From contig CAKOIE010000003.1 of the NCBI GenBank assembly GCA_934086395.1, positions 1,163 through 65,162 on the forward strand: 64,000 bases of DNA. The letters are read 5' to 3'. Under the pieces are notes generated by a model. The model saw nothing but the letters and a program-made list of their open reading frames with translations, searched no databases and had not been told where the DNA came from. The stretch is from an uncultured Bacilli bacterium. Its GTDB lineage: Bacteria > Bacillota_I > Bacilli_A > RF39 > UBA660. Within the stretch, counting starts at the first letter, position 1. The number at the start of each line of letters is the position of its first letter. Of this stretch, positions 9,595 through 18,642 are shown piece by piece. Position numbers and translations under genes: made by a program.

Positions 9595-10380
9595 ATGAAA
9601 AAAACAATTATATTTATAATTTTATTATTATCTTTAACTTTTTTATATAGTAAATATATAGAACCAAATAAATTTAAAGTAAGAGAATATAGTGTTATAT
9701 CATCATCTATACCAGAAAGTTTTAATGGTTATAAAATAGTTCATTTAACTGATATTTATTATTTAGATAAAGATTTAACTAGTATTATCAATAAAATAAA
9801 TGAATTAGCACCTGACTTAGTTGTATTTACCGGGAACTTATTACACGCAAACTTTAATAAAGAAAATAAAGATAAATTAATAAACTATTTAAACTCAATT
9901 AATTCTAAATATGGAATATATTACGTACTAGGAGATACTGATCAAAATGATACATTTAAAGAAATAATAAGTAGTACTAATATCAAAGTTTTAACTAATG
10001 AATATACTCTTTTATATAACAATAATTATACACCCATAATGCTAATTGGACTTGATAATAATTTAGATATTGATAAAGCTTTTAACTATGAAGAAAATAA
10101 TTACTATAAAATAGTACTATCTCATAAATCAGATAACTTTGATTTAATTGAAAATAAAAATATAAATTTATTCTTAGCTGGTAATTCTCTAAATGGTCAA
10201 ATTAGACTTCCATTTATTGGAGCTATTATCAAAAAAGAAGGATCAAAAAAATATTATGATGAAAAATATTACATTAATAACACCAATATATTTGTATCTA
10301 ATGGCTTAGGTAATCCTAAATATGATATTAGATTTTTAAATACTCCTTCAATTAATTTTTATAGATTATATAGCAAATAA
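9595..10380 (+). CDS. YkuE-like metallophosphoesterase homolog with degenerate metal-binding motifs
   Basis: The signal anchor and fold-defining blocks are present, but they read HLTDIYY, TGNLLH, LGDTDQ and AGNSLNGQIRLP instead of DxH, GD, GNH(D/E) and GHxHGGQ. Confidence 0.65.
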   Translation: MKKTIIFIILLLSLTFLYSKYIEPNKFKVREYSVISSSIPESFNGYKIVHLTDIYYLDKDLTSIINKINELAPDLVVFTGNLLHANFNKENKDKLINYLNSINSKYGIYYVLGDTDQNDTFKEIISSTNIKVLTNEYTLLYNNNYTPIMLIGLDNNLDIDKAFNYEENNYYKIVLSHKSDNFDLIENKNINLFLAGNSLNGQIRLPFIGAIIKKEGSKKYYDEKYYINNTNIFVSNGLGNPKYDIRFLNTPSINFYRLYSK

Positions 10381-10420
10381 AACTCCTTATCATAAAATAA
10401 AAAAGAAAGGAGTTTTTCTT

Positions 10421-10642
10421 ATGCAAAATTATCCATATTATCAGTATGATCAAAATAGAGGTTTTTGGGTACCATTAATTTTAGGTGGGCTTGGAGGAGC
10501 AGCTATAGTTGGTGCATCACGTCCTAGGCCAGTTTATGTAAATCCAAATCAAAATTATGTGCCATATCAAACTATACCTTCATATGGTTATAATTATTAT
10601 GGTGGCTATAACTATAGTCCTTATTACCCATATTATAGATAA
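10421..10642 (+). CDS. Tyr/Pro/Gly/Asn-rich small membrane protein
   Basis: 73 aa. The RBS AAAGGAG lies 8 nt upstream of the ATG. There is a central GGLGGAAIVGA hydrophobic segment and YPYY-type termini. The 3' end overlaps the convergent ftsW-like gene by 71 nt. Confidence 0.5.
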   Translation: MQNYPYYQYDQNRGFWVPLILGGLGGAAIVGASRPRPVYVNPNQNYVPYQTIPSYGYNYYGGYNYSPYYPYYR

Positions 10643-11663
10643 TACTTAAAAGTATAATTATTGATAAACTAGAACTACCACCATAACTTAGTAATGGATA
10701 AGTTATACCAATAATAGGAAATAACCCTATATTCATTAAAATATTAATTATACACTGTATAACAATAAAATTAACACATGGTTTAACTATATACTTATCT
10801 TTACTTATTTTACCTAAATTAATAATAAATATTAAAAATATTATCATATAAATAATAAAACCAACTAAACCAAAATTAGCAATTAAAAGAGTTATTGCAA
10901 AATCAGTTACTGCTTCAGGAAAATAAACTCTTTTTTTAATACCAAAAAAACTAGATAACGAAATACTTTTTATAGCTGTTTCTATTTGATAACCTTCTCT
11001 ATTAATGAAATTAGTTATTCTATCCATACGATAAAAGAAATTAGTTCCAAATAAATTAATAAATAAATCATTATCAAAAGAATATAAATATATGAAAGAA
11101 ATAATAATAACTAATGTAATTGATACTCCAAATATGTAATACCACTTATTTAATTTTTTTAAAAATAAGAAAGTAATTAATATAACTATATAACTAATTA
11201 TAGGCCCTGTATCAGGTTCTAAAAACACAAGTACGCTAGGAATTAAAGTTATAATTAAACAAACTAAAACATATTTAAAATCATTTAAATCATAATTAAT
11301 AGTAATATATCTTAAATAAAGAATTAAACCTATTTTCATAAATTCACTAGCTTGAAAAGAAATACCAAATATTTTAATCCAAGATGTGCTTCCATTTACA
11401 TTTACTCCAAATAACAAAGTAACAACTAAAAGTATTATTCCAATTAAATAAATATATAAACTATTATCTAATATAAAATTTATATTAATTACAGATAATA
11501 AATAAAAAATTACAAAGCCTAAACTAAACCAAATAATTTCCTTAATAAAATAATTGCTATAACTATCTAAATAATATTTTCCATAATAACTATTAACTAT
11601 ACTAATAATAATTAATAAAATAAAAGACATTATAAATTTCTTTTTCATATTAATATTTTGCAT
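10572..11663 (-). CDS. FtsW/RodA/SpoVE family peptidoglycan glycosyltransferase
   Basis: Motifs GSTSWIKIFGISFQASEFMKI, TDFAITLL and PLLSYGGSS in a polytopic protein. Confidence 0.85.
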   Translation of the reverse strand: MQNINMKKKFIMSFILLIIISIVNSYYGKYYLDSYSNYFIKEIIWFSLGFVIFYLLSVININFILDNSLYIYLIGIILLVVTLLFGVNVNGSTSWIKIFGISFQASEFMKIGLILYLRYITINYDLNDFKYVLVCLIITLIPSVLVFLEPDTGPIISYIVILITFLFLKKLNKWYYIFGVSITLVIIISFIYLYSFDNDLFINLFGTNFFYRMDRITNFINREGYQIETAIKSISLSSFFGIKKRVYFPEAVTDFAITLLIANFGLVGFIIYMIIFLIFIINLGKISKDKYIVKPCVNFIVIQCIINILMNIGLFPIIGITYPLLSYGGSSSLSIIILLSIIYNMGNKDYSYSHHNNYNHMKV

Positions 11664-11709
11664 ATTATTTTTATATTTATTACATATAATTTACTATAAG
11701 GAGGAACTT

Positions 11710-11940
11710 ATGGAGTTACCAGAAATCTTTAAAAACAAAATTAATATAAACAAAGATGATAAATATTATAGAGGTTCTTTTGAAAAAGAAAACGAATTAA
11801 AATTGCCGGCTAAAGTAAAAATTAGATATCAAAATCATGAATTTACTACAACTATTGTTAATATGACCAATAACTATTATATAACCAAAGATGGTAACGT
11901 TCTTTATAAAGAAGATGTTGCTATAATTAGTCAAAATTAA
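11710..11940 (+). CDS. hypothetical small protein
   Basis: 76 aa with RBS AAGGAGG upstream. It is followed by the hairpin AACTCCaattaaGGAGTT plus a T-rich tail. Confidence 0.45.
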   Translation: MELPEIFKNKININKDDKYYRGSFEKENELKLPAKVKIRYQNHEFTTTIVNMTNNYYITKDGNVLYKEDVAIISQN

Positions 11941-11962
11941 AACTCCAATTAAGGAGTTTATT

Positions 11963-13240
11963 TTAGTTTTTCAAGGCAGTAATTGGTACAATATATACAC
12001 CATCTGGCCTTTTATATGCAGCTGTAGTAAGCCCACAAATAACGCATAATGTGCTCGGTGCTTTACCATTATCTTTTAATATAGAATCTCTTATATTTAT
12101 TAAATTCTTAGCCGCATTATCAATTTGATTAGCACCTAATTTTATTTCAAATGCACACCATGAACCATCTTCTAGTTCAATTACTTGATCAATTTCTTTA
12201 TTTTGATAATCTTGATAATGATAACATTTTGCGTTAAAACTATCAGCATATACTTTTAAATCGTGTATAACTAATGATTCAAATAGAAAACCAAAAGTTT
12301 CTAAATCATTAATAAGTTTATCTTCAGTTATATTAAGAAGAGCACAGGCCATAGATGGATCAGCAAAATGTCTTTTTTCAGCTTGTTTAACTCTTACACT
12401 AGATCTTATATTTGTACTAAATGGCTCATCATTATCAAGTAAGAATAATCTATCGAACGCATCTAAATATGAAGATAAAGTATCAACATCAATGTCTTCA
12501 TTATCTATTTCTTTAATATCATTTTTTAATGTACTATTAGTTACAGTCGTACTTTCATTTCTAGCCAAAGATTTAAGTAACAACTTTACCTTATGTTTAT
12601 CCCTACTAATACCATCCAATCTATATAAATCATCATTTATTATTAAATTTATATACTCATTAACTATTTCTTTTGCATCACTAGCAGAATAATTTATATT
12701 TCCAGGAAAGCCACCACGAATAATTAATCTGGCAAGATTTCTAAGTTCTACTTTACCAGTTGCTTTATCTATAAATTTTCCTTTGCAAATATCTTTTAAT
12801 GATATATCACCAGTTGAATCACCAGTTTCATAAAGTGACATAGTTCTCATATTAATTTTCCCGAATCTTCCGGCTCCACTATGTGAAATACCTTCTCTTT
12901 TAGGAGTACTTGACCCTGTTAAAATATATTGTCCTTTTAATCCTGTTCTATCGACATCATATCTTATTTCATCCCAAAGATTTGTAGCTTCTTGCCACTC
13001 ATCAATCAGTTTTGGTTTTTCTCCCTCAAGAATTACCTGAGGTGACATTTTAGCAAGTTCTAACTCATTGGCTCCAGCTGCCGTATTAACATATAGCAAA
13101 GATTCACTTTTTGCATGATATCTAGCAGTCCATGTTTTGCCTGAATATTTCGGTCCTTCTAAGCATATTGCACCAAAAAGTCTTAAATATCTTTCAATTT
13201 TTTCATCAATTATTCTTTTTTTATAATTCTTTATTTCCAT
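11963..13240 (-). CDS. AAA-type ATPase with a DUF4143-like C-terminal domain
   Basis: 425 aa with P-loop GPKYSGKT. Its overall layout is that of the widespread 'ATP-binding protein' family. Confidence 0.7.
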   Translation of the reverse strand: MEIKNYKKRIIDEKIERYLRLFGAICLEGPKYSGKTWTARYHAKSESLLYVNTAAGANELELAKMSPQVILEGEKPKLIDEWQEATNLWDEIRYDVDRTGLKGQYILTGSSTPKREGISHSGAGRFGKINMRTMSLYETGDSTGDISLKDICKGKFIDKATGKVELRNLARLIIRGGFPGNINYSASDAKEIVNEYINLIINDDLYRLDGISRDKHKVKLLLKSLARNESTTVTNSTLKNDIKEIDNEDIDVDTLSSYLDAFDRLFLLDNDEPFSTNIRSSVRVKQAEKRHFADPSMACALLNITEDKLINDLETFGFLFESLVIHDLKVYADSFNAKCYHYQDYQNKEIDQVIELEDGSWCAFEIKLGANQIDNAAKNLINIRDSILKDNGKAPSTLCVICGLTTAAYKRPDGVYIVPITALKN

Positions 13241-13297
13241 GACAAGCTCCTTTAAACATAATTAGATTATACAACATTTTTATTAATCATTCAATCA

Positions 13298-13366
13298 CAT
13301 TCCGTGAGATTTTATATTTTCATTCCGTGAGATTTTGCATTTTCATTCCGTAAGATTTTAAATTTC
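13298..13366. repeat. three perfect-period 23-bp direct repeats (CATTCCGTGAGATTTTnnATTTT)
   Basis: Units at 13298-13320, 13321-13343 and 13344-13366, read directly from the sequence. Confidence 0.9.
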
Positions 13367-13497
13367 AACTACATCTTCTTTTAAAATAGTTTCTAATCTT
13401 TCTTTATCATTTACATCTTTGCAGTTACTAGCATGCTTAATAATACACTTTTCATATAAATTTCTAGCATACCTTGCATTACCAAAATTATCATCAT
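13362..13497 (-). pseudogene. duplicated 3' fragment of the AAA+ gene 14115..15644
   Basis: The 136 bp match 14122-14257 with about 5 mismatches. The track ORF 13358..13561 ends in DDNFGNARYARNLYEKCIIKHASNCKDVNDKERLETILKEDVVEI, which copies the AAA+ C-terminus. Confidence 0.8.
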
Positions 13498-13545
13498 TAA
13501 ATGAATAACTTATGGAATAACTAAAACTATAAAATAGATAGGATA

Positions 13546-14046
13546 CTACTTCTTGCAACAATTATATTCATGTCGTTTCACTTTATTGATTTGATCGACA
13601 TCCTCATGATATTCTTCAATACCTAAAAAAATGATATTTTCATCAGCTAAAATAGAAACATCTTGTTGTTCTACCTCAAATTCATCTTCATCAACCAAAT
13701 AACAATTAGAATTAATTTTATTTTTAACTATATTTTGATTATATATCCTTTCTTTTTCATCAATATAATTTCCAGTAAAAAATCCTCCAACTACAGCTGC
13801 AAACGAAGAAACAATAATGGTCGAATTTATATCAATATCTTTCCAAATTTCTTCAATACTATAGTCAAATGATTTCTCATGATTTTTATAGGATTCAGAA
13901 AAATTTTTAAATACTTGAAAAATTGTAAGTGATGAAGGAACTATTGTTCCGCTAATTATAAAAGCTGCAATTTTTTTAGCTAATAATAATTTTTGTCTTC
14001 TTCTTTTTAATTCAATAATTTCTAATTCTCTAATTAATGGATTCAT
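13546..14046 (-). CDS. hypothetical membrane protein
   Basis: 166 aa with two hydrophobic segments and an acidic tail. It lies between the two 136-bp repeats. Confidence 0.45.
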   Translation of the reverse strand: MNPLIRELEIIELKRRRQKLLLAKKIAAFIISGTIVPSSLTIFQVFKNFSESYKNHEKSFDYSIEEIWKDIDINSTIIVSSFAAVVGGFFTGNYIDEKERIYNQNIVKNKINSNCYLVDEDEFEVEQQDVSILADENIIFLGIEEYHEDVDQINKVKRHEYNCCKK

Positions 14047-14114
14047 TTATATTTTCCTTTCTTTTTCAACTATTCCATTATTTTATATTAATAAATAATT
14101 ATTTTCAAGATTAA

Positions 14115-15644
14115 TTATAATATTTCAACTATATCTTCTTTTAAAATAGTTTCTAATCTTTCTTTATCGCTTACATCTTTACAGTTACTAGCATGCTTAA
14201 TAATACACTTTTCATATAAATTTCTAGCATACCTTGCATTACCAAAATTATCATCATCAATATGTTTTTTAAATATATTCTCTACCTTACTTAAAGCATC
14301 ATCATCTATTTTAAAGTTAGACTTTCCAACAAATAACTTAAATATTTCTAATAATTCACTACTTGTATAATTTGGAAAATTAAAAGTATAACCAATTCTT
14401 GATTTAATACCTGAATTAGATTCTAAAAATGGTGTCATCTCTTTAGTATAACCAGCAAATATAACTACAAAATCTCCTCGATAATCTTCCATAGCCTTAA
14501 TTAATGTTGCTATTGCCTCTTCATTATAACTATTATTTTTACTATATAAAGTATATGCCTCATCTATAAATAATACTCCACCCATAGCCTTATTAATAAC
14601 CATACTTGTTTTAGGACCAGTTTGACCAACATATTCACCAACTAAATCCTTAGCAGTTACTTCAACTAATTTATTATACTTAATATATTTTAAATCATAT
14701 AAAATATTAGCAAGTATTCTAGCAACAGTTGTCTTACCAGTTCCTGGATTACCTAAAAAGACCATATGTAAATTAACATCATTTATTTTAACATTCCCAT
14801 AAGTCTTCTTCTTTAAAGAAATTAAATCTATTAACTCATAAATTGTTTTCTTAATATCATCTAATCCAATTAAACTATTTAATTCTTTTAATATATCATC
14901 AATATTTTTTTCTTTATTTAAAATAGGAACATCCTTATTAAAAGCAATATAACTAACTAAATTATCTCTGAAAGTAGGATAATCTAAACTACTTTTATTA
15001 AAACTATTATTTATATAATCTTCTAATTTTTTATTATCTATTTCTTTATTTAATCTATTCTTAATATCATTAATTATATACTCAGTATCAGGTAATACTT
15101 CATTTAAATGATAACTAAAATAACCATTTTCTAATTCATTATCATTTTTAATAAAATCTTTTAATACATCATCTCTATCATTTAATATAACAATATTTTT
15201 ATTCTTACTATTATCCTTTAAAATATGAATTAATTTATTTATATCATTATTATTTAACCCTAAAAAATTACTAATAACAACAATACCAGATTTATAATAA
15301 TCTCTTAACTTAATAATATTATCTAATTCGTTTAAAGAAACATAACTTACATTATTATTTATTAAATATTTTGAACTAACACTTTTTATCAAATCAACAA
15401 TATTATCTAATGTCTCCTTATTATTTCCATATAACAACATATTAAAATTAATATATACACCATCTTTATAACTATTAATATAAGTAATTATTTTCTTTAA
15501 TAATTCTTTTGAATCATCTTCAAGTAACATATTATCTATTTGATTTATATCTACTTTTTGTTCTTCTTTTTGTTCTATATTAGTTAACGCTTTATCTCCA
15601 AAGAAATCTTTATAAACATCATCTAACAATCTTCTATTATCCAT
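14115..15644 (-). CDS. AAA+ ATPase, SpoVK/CbbX-like
   Basis: Walker A GNPGTGKTTVA, Walker B VLFIDEAY, plus GDFVVIFAGY. Confidence 0.8.
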   Translation of the reverse strand: MDNRRLLDDVYKDFFGDKALTNIEQKEEQKVDINQIDNMLLEDDSKELLKKIITYINSYKDGVYINFNMLLYGNNKETLDNIVDLIKSVSSKYLINNNVSYVSLNELDNIIKLRDYYKSGIVVISNFLGLNNNDINKLIHILKDNSKNKNIVILNDRDDVLKDFIKNDNELENGYFSYHLNEVLPDTEYIINDIKNRLNKEIDNKKLEDYINNSFNKSSLDYPTFRDNLVSYIAFNKDVPILNKEKNIDDILKELNSLIGLDDIKKTIYELIDLISLKKKTYGNVKINDVNLHMVFLGNPGTGKTTVARILANILYDLKYIKYNKLVEVTAKDLVGEYVGQTGPKTSMVINKAMGGVLFIDEAYTLYSKNNSYNEEAIATLIKAMEDYRGDFVVIFAGYTKEMTPFLESNSGIKSRIGYTFNFPNYTSSELLEIFKLFVGKSNFKIDDDALSKVENIFKKHIDDDNFGNARYARNLYEKCIIKHASNCKDVSDKERLETILKEDIVEIL

Positions 15645-15680
15645 TTATTCTTCCTCCAATTACGAAAAAAGCATAACAAT

Positions 15681-16829
15681 TTATGCTTTAGGTATATTTA
15701 TTTCAATTAATTTATTCTTTAATTCTTTTTCAATATTTTCAAGTTCAGCTTCTGCTTCCATTCTCTTTGTATGTCCTTCTTCATGAATTTTTATAACACT
15801 ATCAATAGTTTCAATTAAATCTTGATTAGTTTTCTTAAGAGTTTCAATATCAATAATAGATTTTTCTGCTTCAGATGCAATATCTATTGATCCTTGTTTT
15901 AAAGTTTCACTATTTTTCATAAGCATCTCATTTGTAAGATTAGAAACTGCTTGTTGTTCTTGTAAAGCCTTCTTAGAATTATTAATACCTAACGCTAAAA
16001 CCATTTGATTTTTCCATAATGGAATTGTATTAGTAATTGAACTTTGAATTTTTTCAACTAATTCAGCATCATTATTTTGTAATAATCTAATTTGAGGTGC
16101 CATTTGAATTGAAATAATTCTAGTTGTTTTTAAATCATATAATTTCTTTTCAAAACGATTAATTTTACTTTCTAAATCTTGAACTTTTTGAGCATCTAAT
16201 TGATCATGAGTTTCACTATATTTCTTTTGAGCTTCAATTAAAGTAACATTCTTAAGTTCCTCTAATTTTTTCTCACCAGCAATAATATATAAAGAAATTT
16301 CTTTAAAGTATTCTAAATTCTTTTCATACATAGTATCAAAAATAGTAATATCTTTAAGTAATTGTACTTTGTTTTTCTCTAAATCTTTTTCAATTAAATC
16401 AACATTTTTTTCTATCTTATTATATTTAGCAATAACTGTATCAATTTCTTTCTTAGCACTACTAAATAATTTAAATATACCTTTCTTTTCACTTCCAATA
16501 GATGAATTAAATGATTTAATTTCACCTACTAAATTAGCTAGCAAAGCCCCAGTATCTCCAATATCCTTAGTTTTAACATCTTCAAGTACTGTATCTGAAA
16601 AAGTACTTATTTTATTTTGAGCCTTAGCACCATATTGAAGAACTAAATTTTGATCCATAACATCTATTTTAGTAATAAATTCATCAACTGCTTTTTTCTC
16701 ACTATCAGATAATGCATCATAATTTAAAGATTTTTCAATTGCTTTATCTGTTATTTCTTTACCTGATTCTGTTATCTTACTAACATTTTCACTATTTAAT
16801 TTATCTTCTACTTTTAATTCTATATTCAT
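15681..16829 (-). CDS. telA: TelA/YaaN toxic-anion-resistance family protein
   Basis: 382 aa, all-helical, with the characteristic N-terminal segment ..LSDSEKKAVDEFITKIDV.D...VLQYGAKAQ. Confidence 0.75.
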   Translation of the reverse strand: MNIELKVEDKLNSENVSKITESGKEITDKAIEKSLNYDALSDSEKKAVDEFITKIDVMDQNLVLQYGAKAQNKISTFSDTVLEDVKTKDIGDTGALLANLVGEIKSFNSSIGSEKKGIFKLFSSAKKEIDTVIAKYNKIEKNVDLIEKDLEKNKVQLLKDITIFDTMYEKNLEYFKEISLYIIAGEKKLEELKNVTLIEAQKKYSETHDQLDAQKVQDLESKINRFEKKLYDLKTTRIISIQMAPQIRLLQNNDAELVEKIQSSITNTIPLWKNQMVLALGINNSKKALQEQQAVSNLTNEMLMKNSETLKQGSIDIASEAEKSIIDIETLKKTNQDLIETIDSVIKIHEEGHTKRMEAEAELENIEKELKNKLIEINIPKA

Positions 16830-16837
16830 ATTTTCTC

Positions 16838-18025
16838 CTACTTACTTAAATATTCTATTAATTCATTATAATAATTCATTTTTAAACTTGTAACTGTACT
16901 AGTTATTTTACTAGGAATGCCTATTCCTAATTCATTTACACTTACACTTGTTCCAGTAACACCTGTTCTAAATCCATATTTTTCCCAAGCAATTTTACTT
17001 ATTTCTTCATCTTCAAATGCTTGTAATAACTTTTTACCATTTTCACTAAAAATAGTTAAACAATGAGAATTCCAAATAGTTGGTTTAGGATATAAAACTA
17101 CAATATCATCTTTTACCTGATTGAATCCCGTTGGATTAGAGTTAGCAAAATCAATAATACTCTTTTCATAATCAACTATCATAGGTTCACCACCCATACC
17201 AGTTTTTAAATATCTCTCAAATAAATCAGCTGGTGTATTATTCATATAACCACTCTTTTGATAAAATACTTTTAATTTCTTTAAATTAGCTTCAATTGTA
17301 GCATCATTAATTTCTCCACCACTTAAAATGGATAATAATAGTCCATAGTATGTAGCACCAGGAGATGATGACACAGGATCAGTAGATGCTATATTAATAT
17401 TTCCATATAAATCTTTAAGTCCAATATCTTTCCATTTTTTACCATTTAATATATAATCAATTAATTTATTCATATCAGTTATATAATAAACTCCATCTTC
17501 ATTAGTAACAATTTTCTCTTTTATTAAAGCATTAACAACTTCCTTCCAACTATATATAACAATTGGCGTATTAAGAGTTAAACCACCATCTAATACATAA
17601 TAACGATCAGCTTCGTTCTTAGATTTATCCGGAGATAACTTATAATAATCATAAAATCTTTGATCAGATGTAAATAATGCATCATACTTACTAACATCCT
17701 CACTATTAATACTAATACTTTCACCATTTTTAATTTTAGTTATAACTTCACTATTACCTAAATTAACACTTTCTCTTATTAAAGGTTTACTAATTGTTTT
17801 TCCATTACTCCAATTATCATAAACAACTTTAATTTTATATTTCTTTAAAAGAATATTAGCAACTTCACTATCAGCAATAAAATCTTCTTTACCACCACCT
17901 GTTGCTACATATATAGTTGTAATGTTTGTGCTTCCACCACCATTTTTATCACCTATAAACTTAATTCCTACTATTAACCCTATAAGTAATATAAAAATTC
18001 CAATTCCTATATATTTTTTATTCAT
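16838..18025 (-). CDS. membrane-anchored extracellular solute-binding-like protein
   Basis: 395 aa with an N-terminal TM. It resembles the N-terminal half of the adjacent vWA protein. Confidence 0.45.
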   Translation of the reverse strand: MNKKYIGIGIFILLIGLIVGIKFIGDKNGGGSTNITTIYVATGGGKEDFIADSEVANILLKKYKIKVVYDNWSNGKTISKPLIRESVNLGNSEVITKIKNGESISINSEDVSKYDALFTSDQRFYDYYKLSPDKSKNEADRYYVLDGGLTLNTPIVIYSWKEVVNALIKEKIVTNEDGVYYITDMNKLIDYILNGKKWKDIGLKDLYGNINIASTDPVSSSPGATYYGLLLSILSGGEINDATIEANLKKLKVFYQKSGYMNNTPADLFERYLKTGMGGEPMIVDYEKSIIDFANSNPTGFNQVKDDIVVLYPKPTIWNSHCLTIFSENGKKLLQAFEDEEISKIAWEKYGFRTGVTGTSVSVNELGIGIPSKITSTVTSLKMNYYNELIEYLSK

Positions 18026-18641
18026 TGTTATCCTCCTTAATTATTTCTTCATCATCAAAACCATCCGCTTTAAGCATTGTATTAAATACTTTCATATCTG
18101 CATCTATATTTATAATATCATTTTGATATAAACTATCTAATATTTTAGCAAAAGCATCATTAGCAGTTTTAAGCATTTCTTTAGTATTTTTAGTAAATTC
18201 CTTCATTTCTTTAGAAGATAAATCTTGATTTTCTATTTCATCATATCTTTTAATTATACTAAGTGTAACTGGTAAATAATAATCAAAAAAATTATTAATA
18301 TTCCTAATCTTTTTATTATCTTTTTCAATTGTATTAATTATCTTATTCGCACTATCACATATTTCACTTATATATTTAACTATATCACTATCATCTATCT
18401 TTTTACGCATATCATATATTGCTTTAGCATCACTTTTAGCAATATCTATTTTTTTATCTACATTTTCATAAACTATTTTTTCACCTTTATTATCAGAAGT
18501 AAGTAATAACTCACCAGCAGTAAATGCAGCTGCTCCAATTAGTAAAGATGGAACAAATGGAACAGTAAGTGCTAAATAAGGAACTGCAAAGAAAGCACTA
18601 CCAGCAATAGCCGAAATAACCTCTTTATTTTTAACACTCAT
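18018..18641 (-). CDS. xpaC: XpaC-like (5-bromo-4-chloroindolyl phosphate hydrolysis family) membrane protein
   Basis: 207 aa with two N-terminal TM helices and a helical C-terminus. Its position next to telA matches the B. subtilis xpaC-yaaN arrangement. Confidence 0.55.
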   Translation of the reverse strand: MSVKNKEVISAIAGSAFFAVPYLALTVPFVPSLLIGAAAFTAGELLLTSDNKGEKIVYENVDKKIDIAKSDAKAIYDMRKKIDDSDIVKYISEICDSANKIINTIEKDNKKIRNINNFFDYYLPVTLSIIKRYDEIENQDLSSKEMKEFTKNTKEMLKTANDAFAKILDSLYQNDIINIDADMKVFNTMLKADGFDDEEIIKEDNNE

Positions 18642-18642
18642 T

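Noticed and set aside
13358-13561. The 67-aa track ORF treated as an independent gene.
   Set aside because: Its C-terminal two thirds are a copy of the AAA+ ATPase C-terminus. The N-terminal part has no RBS and overlaps the upstream gene. It is better explained as a stranded duplicated fragment.
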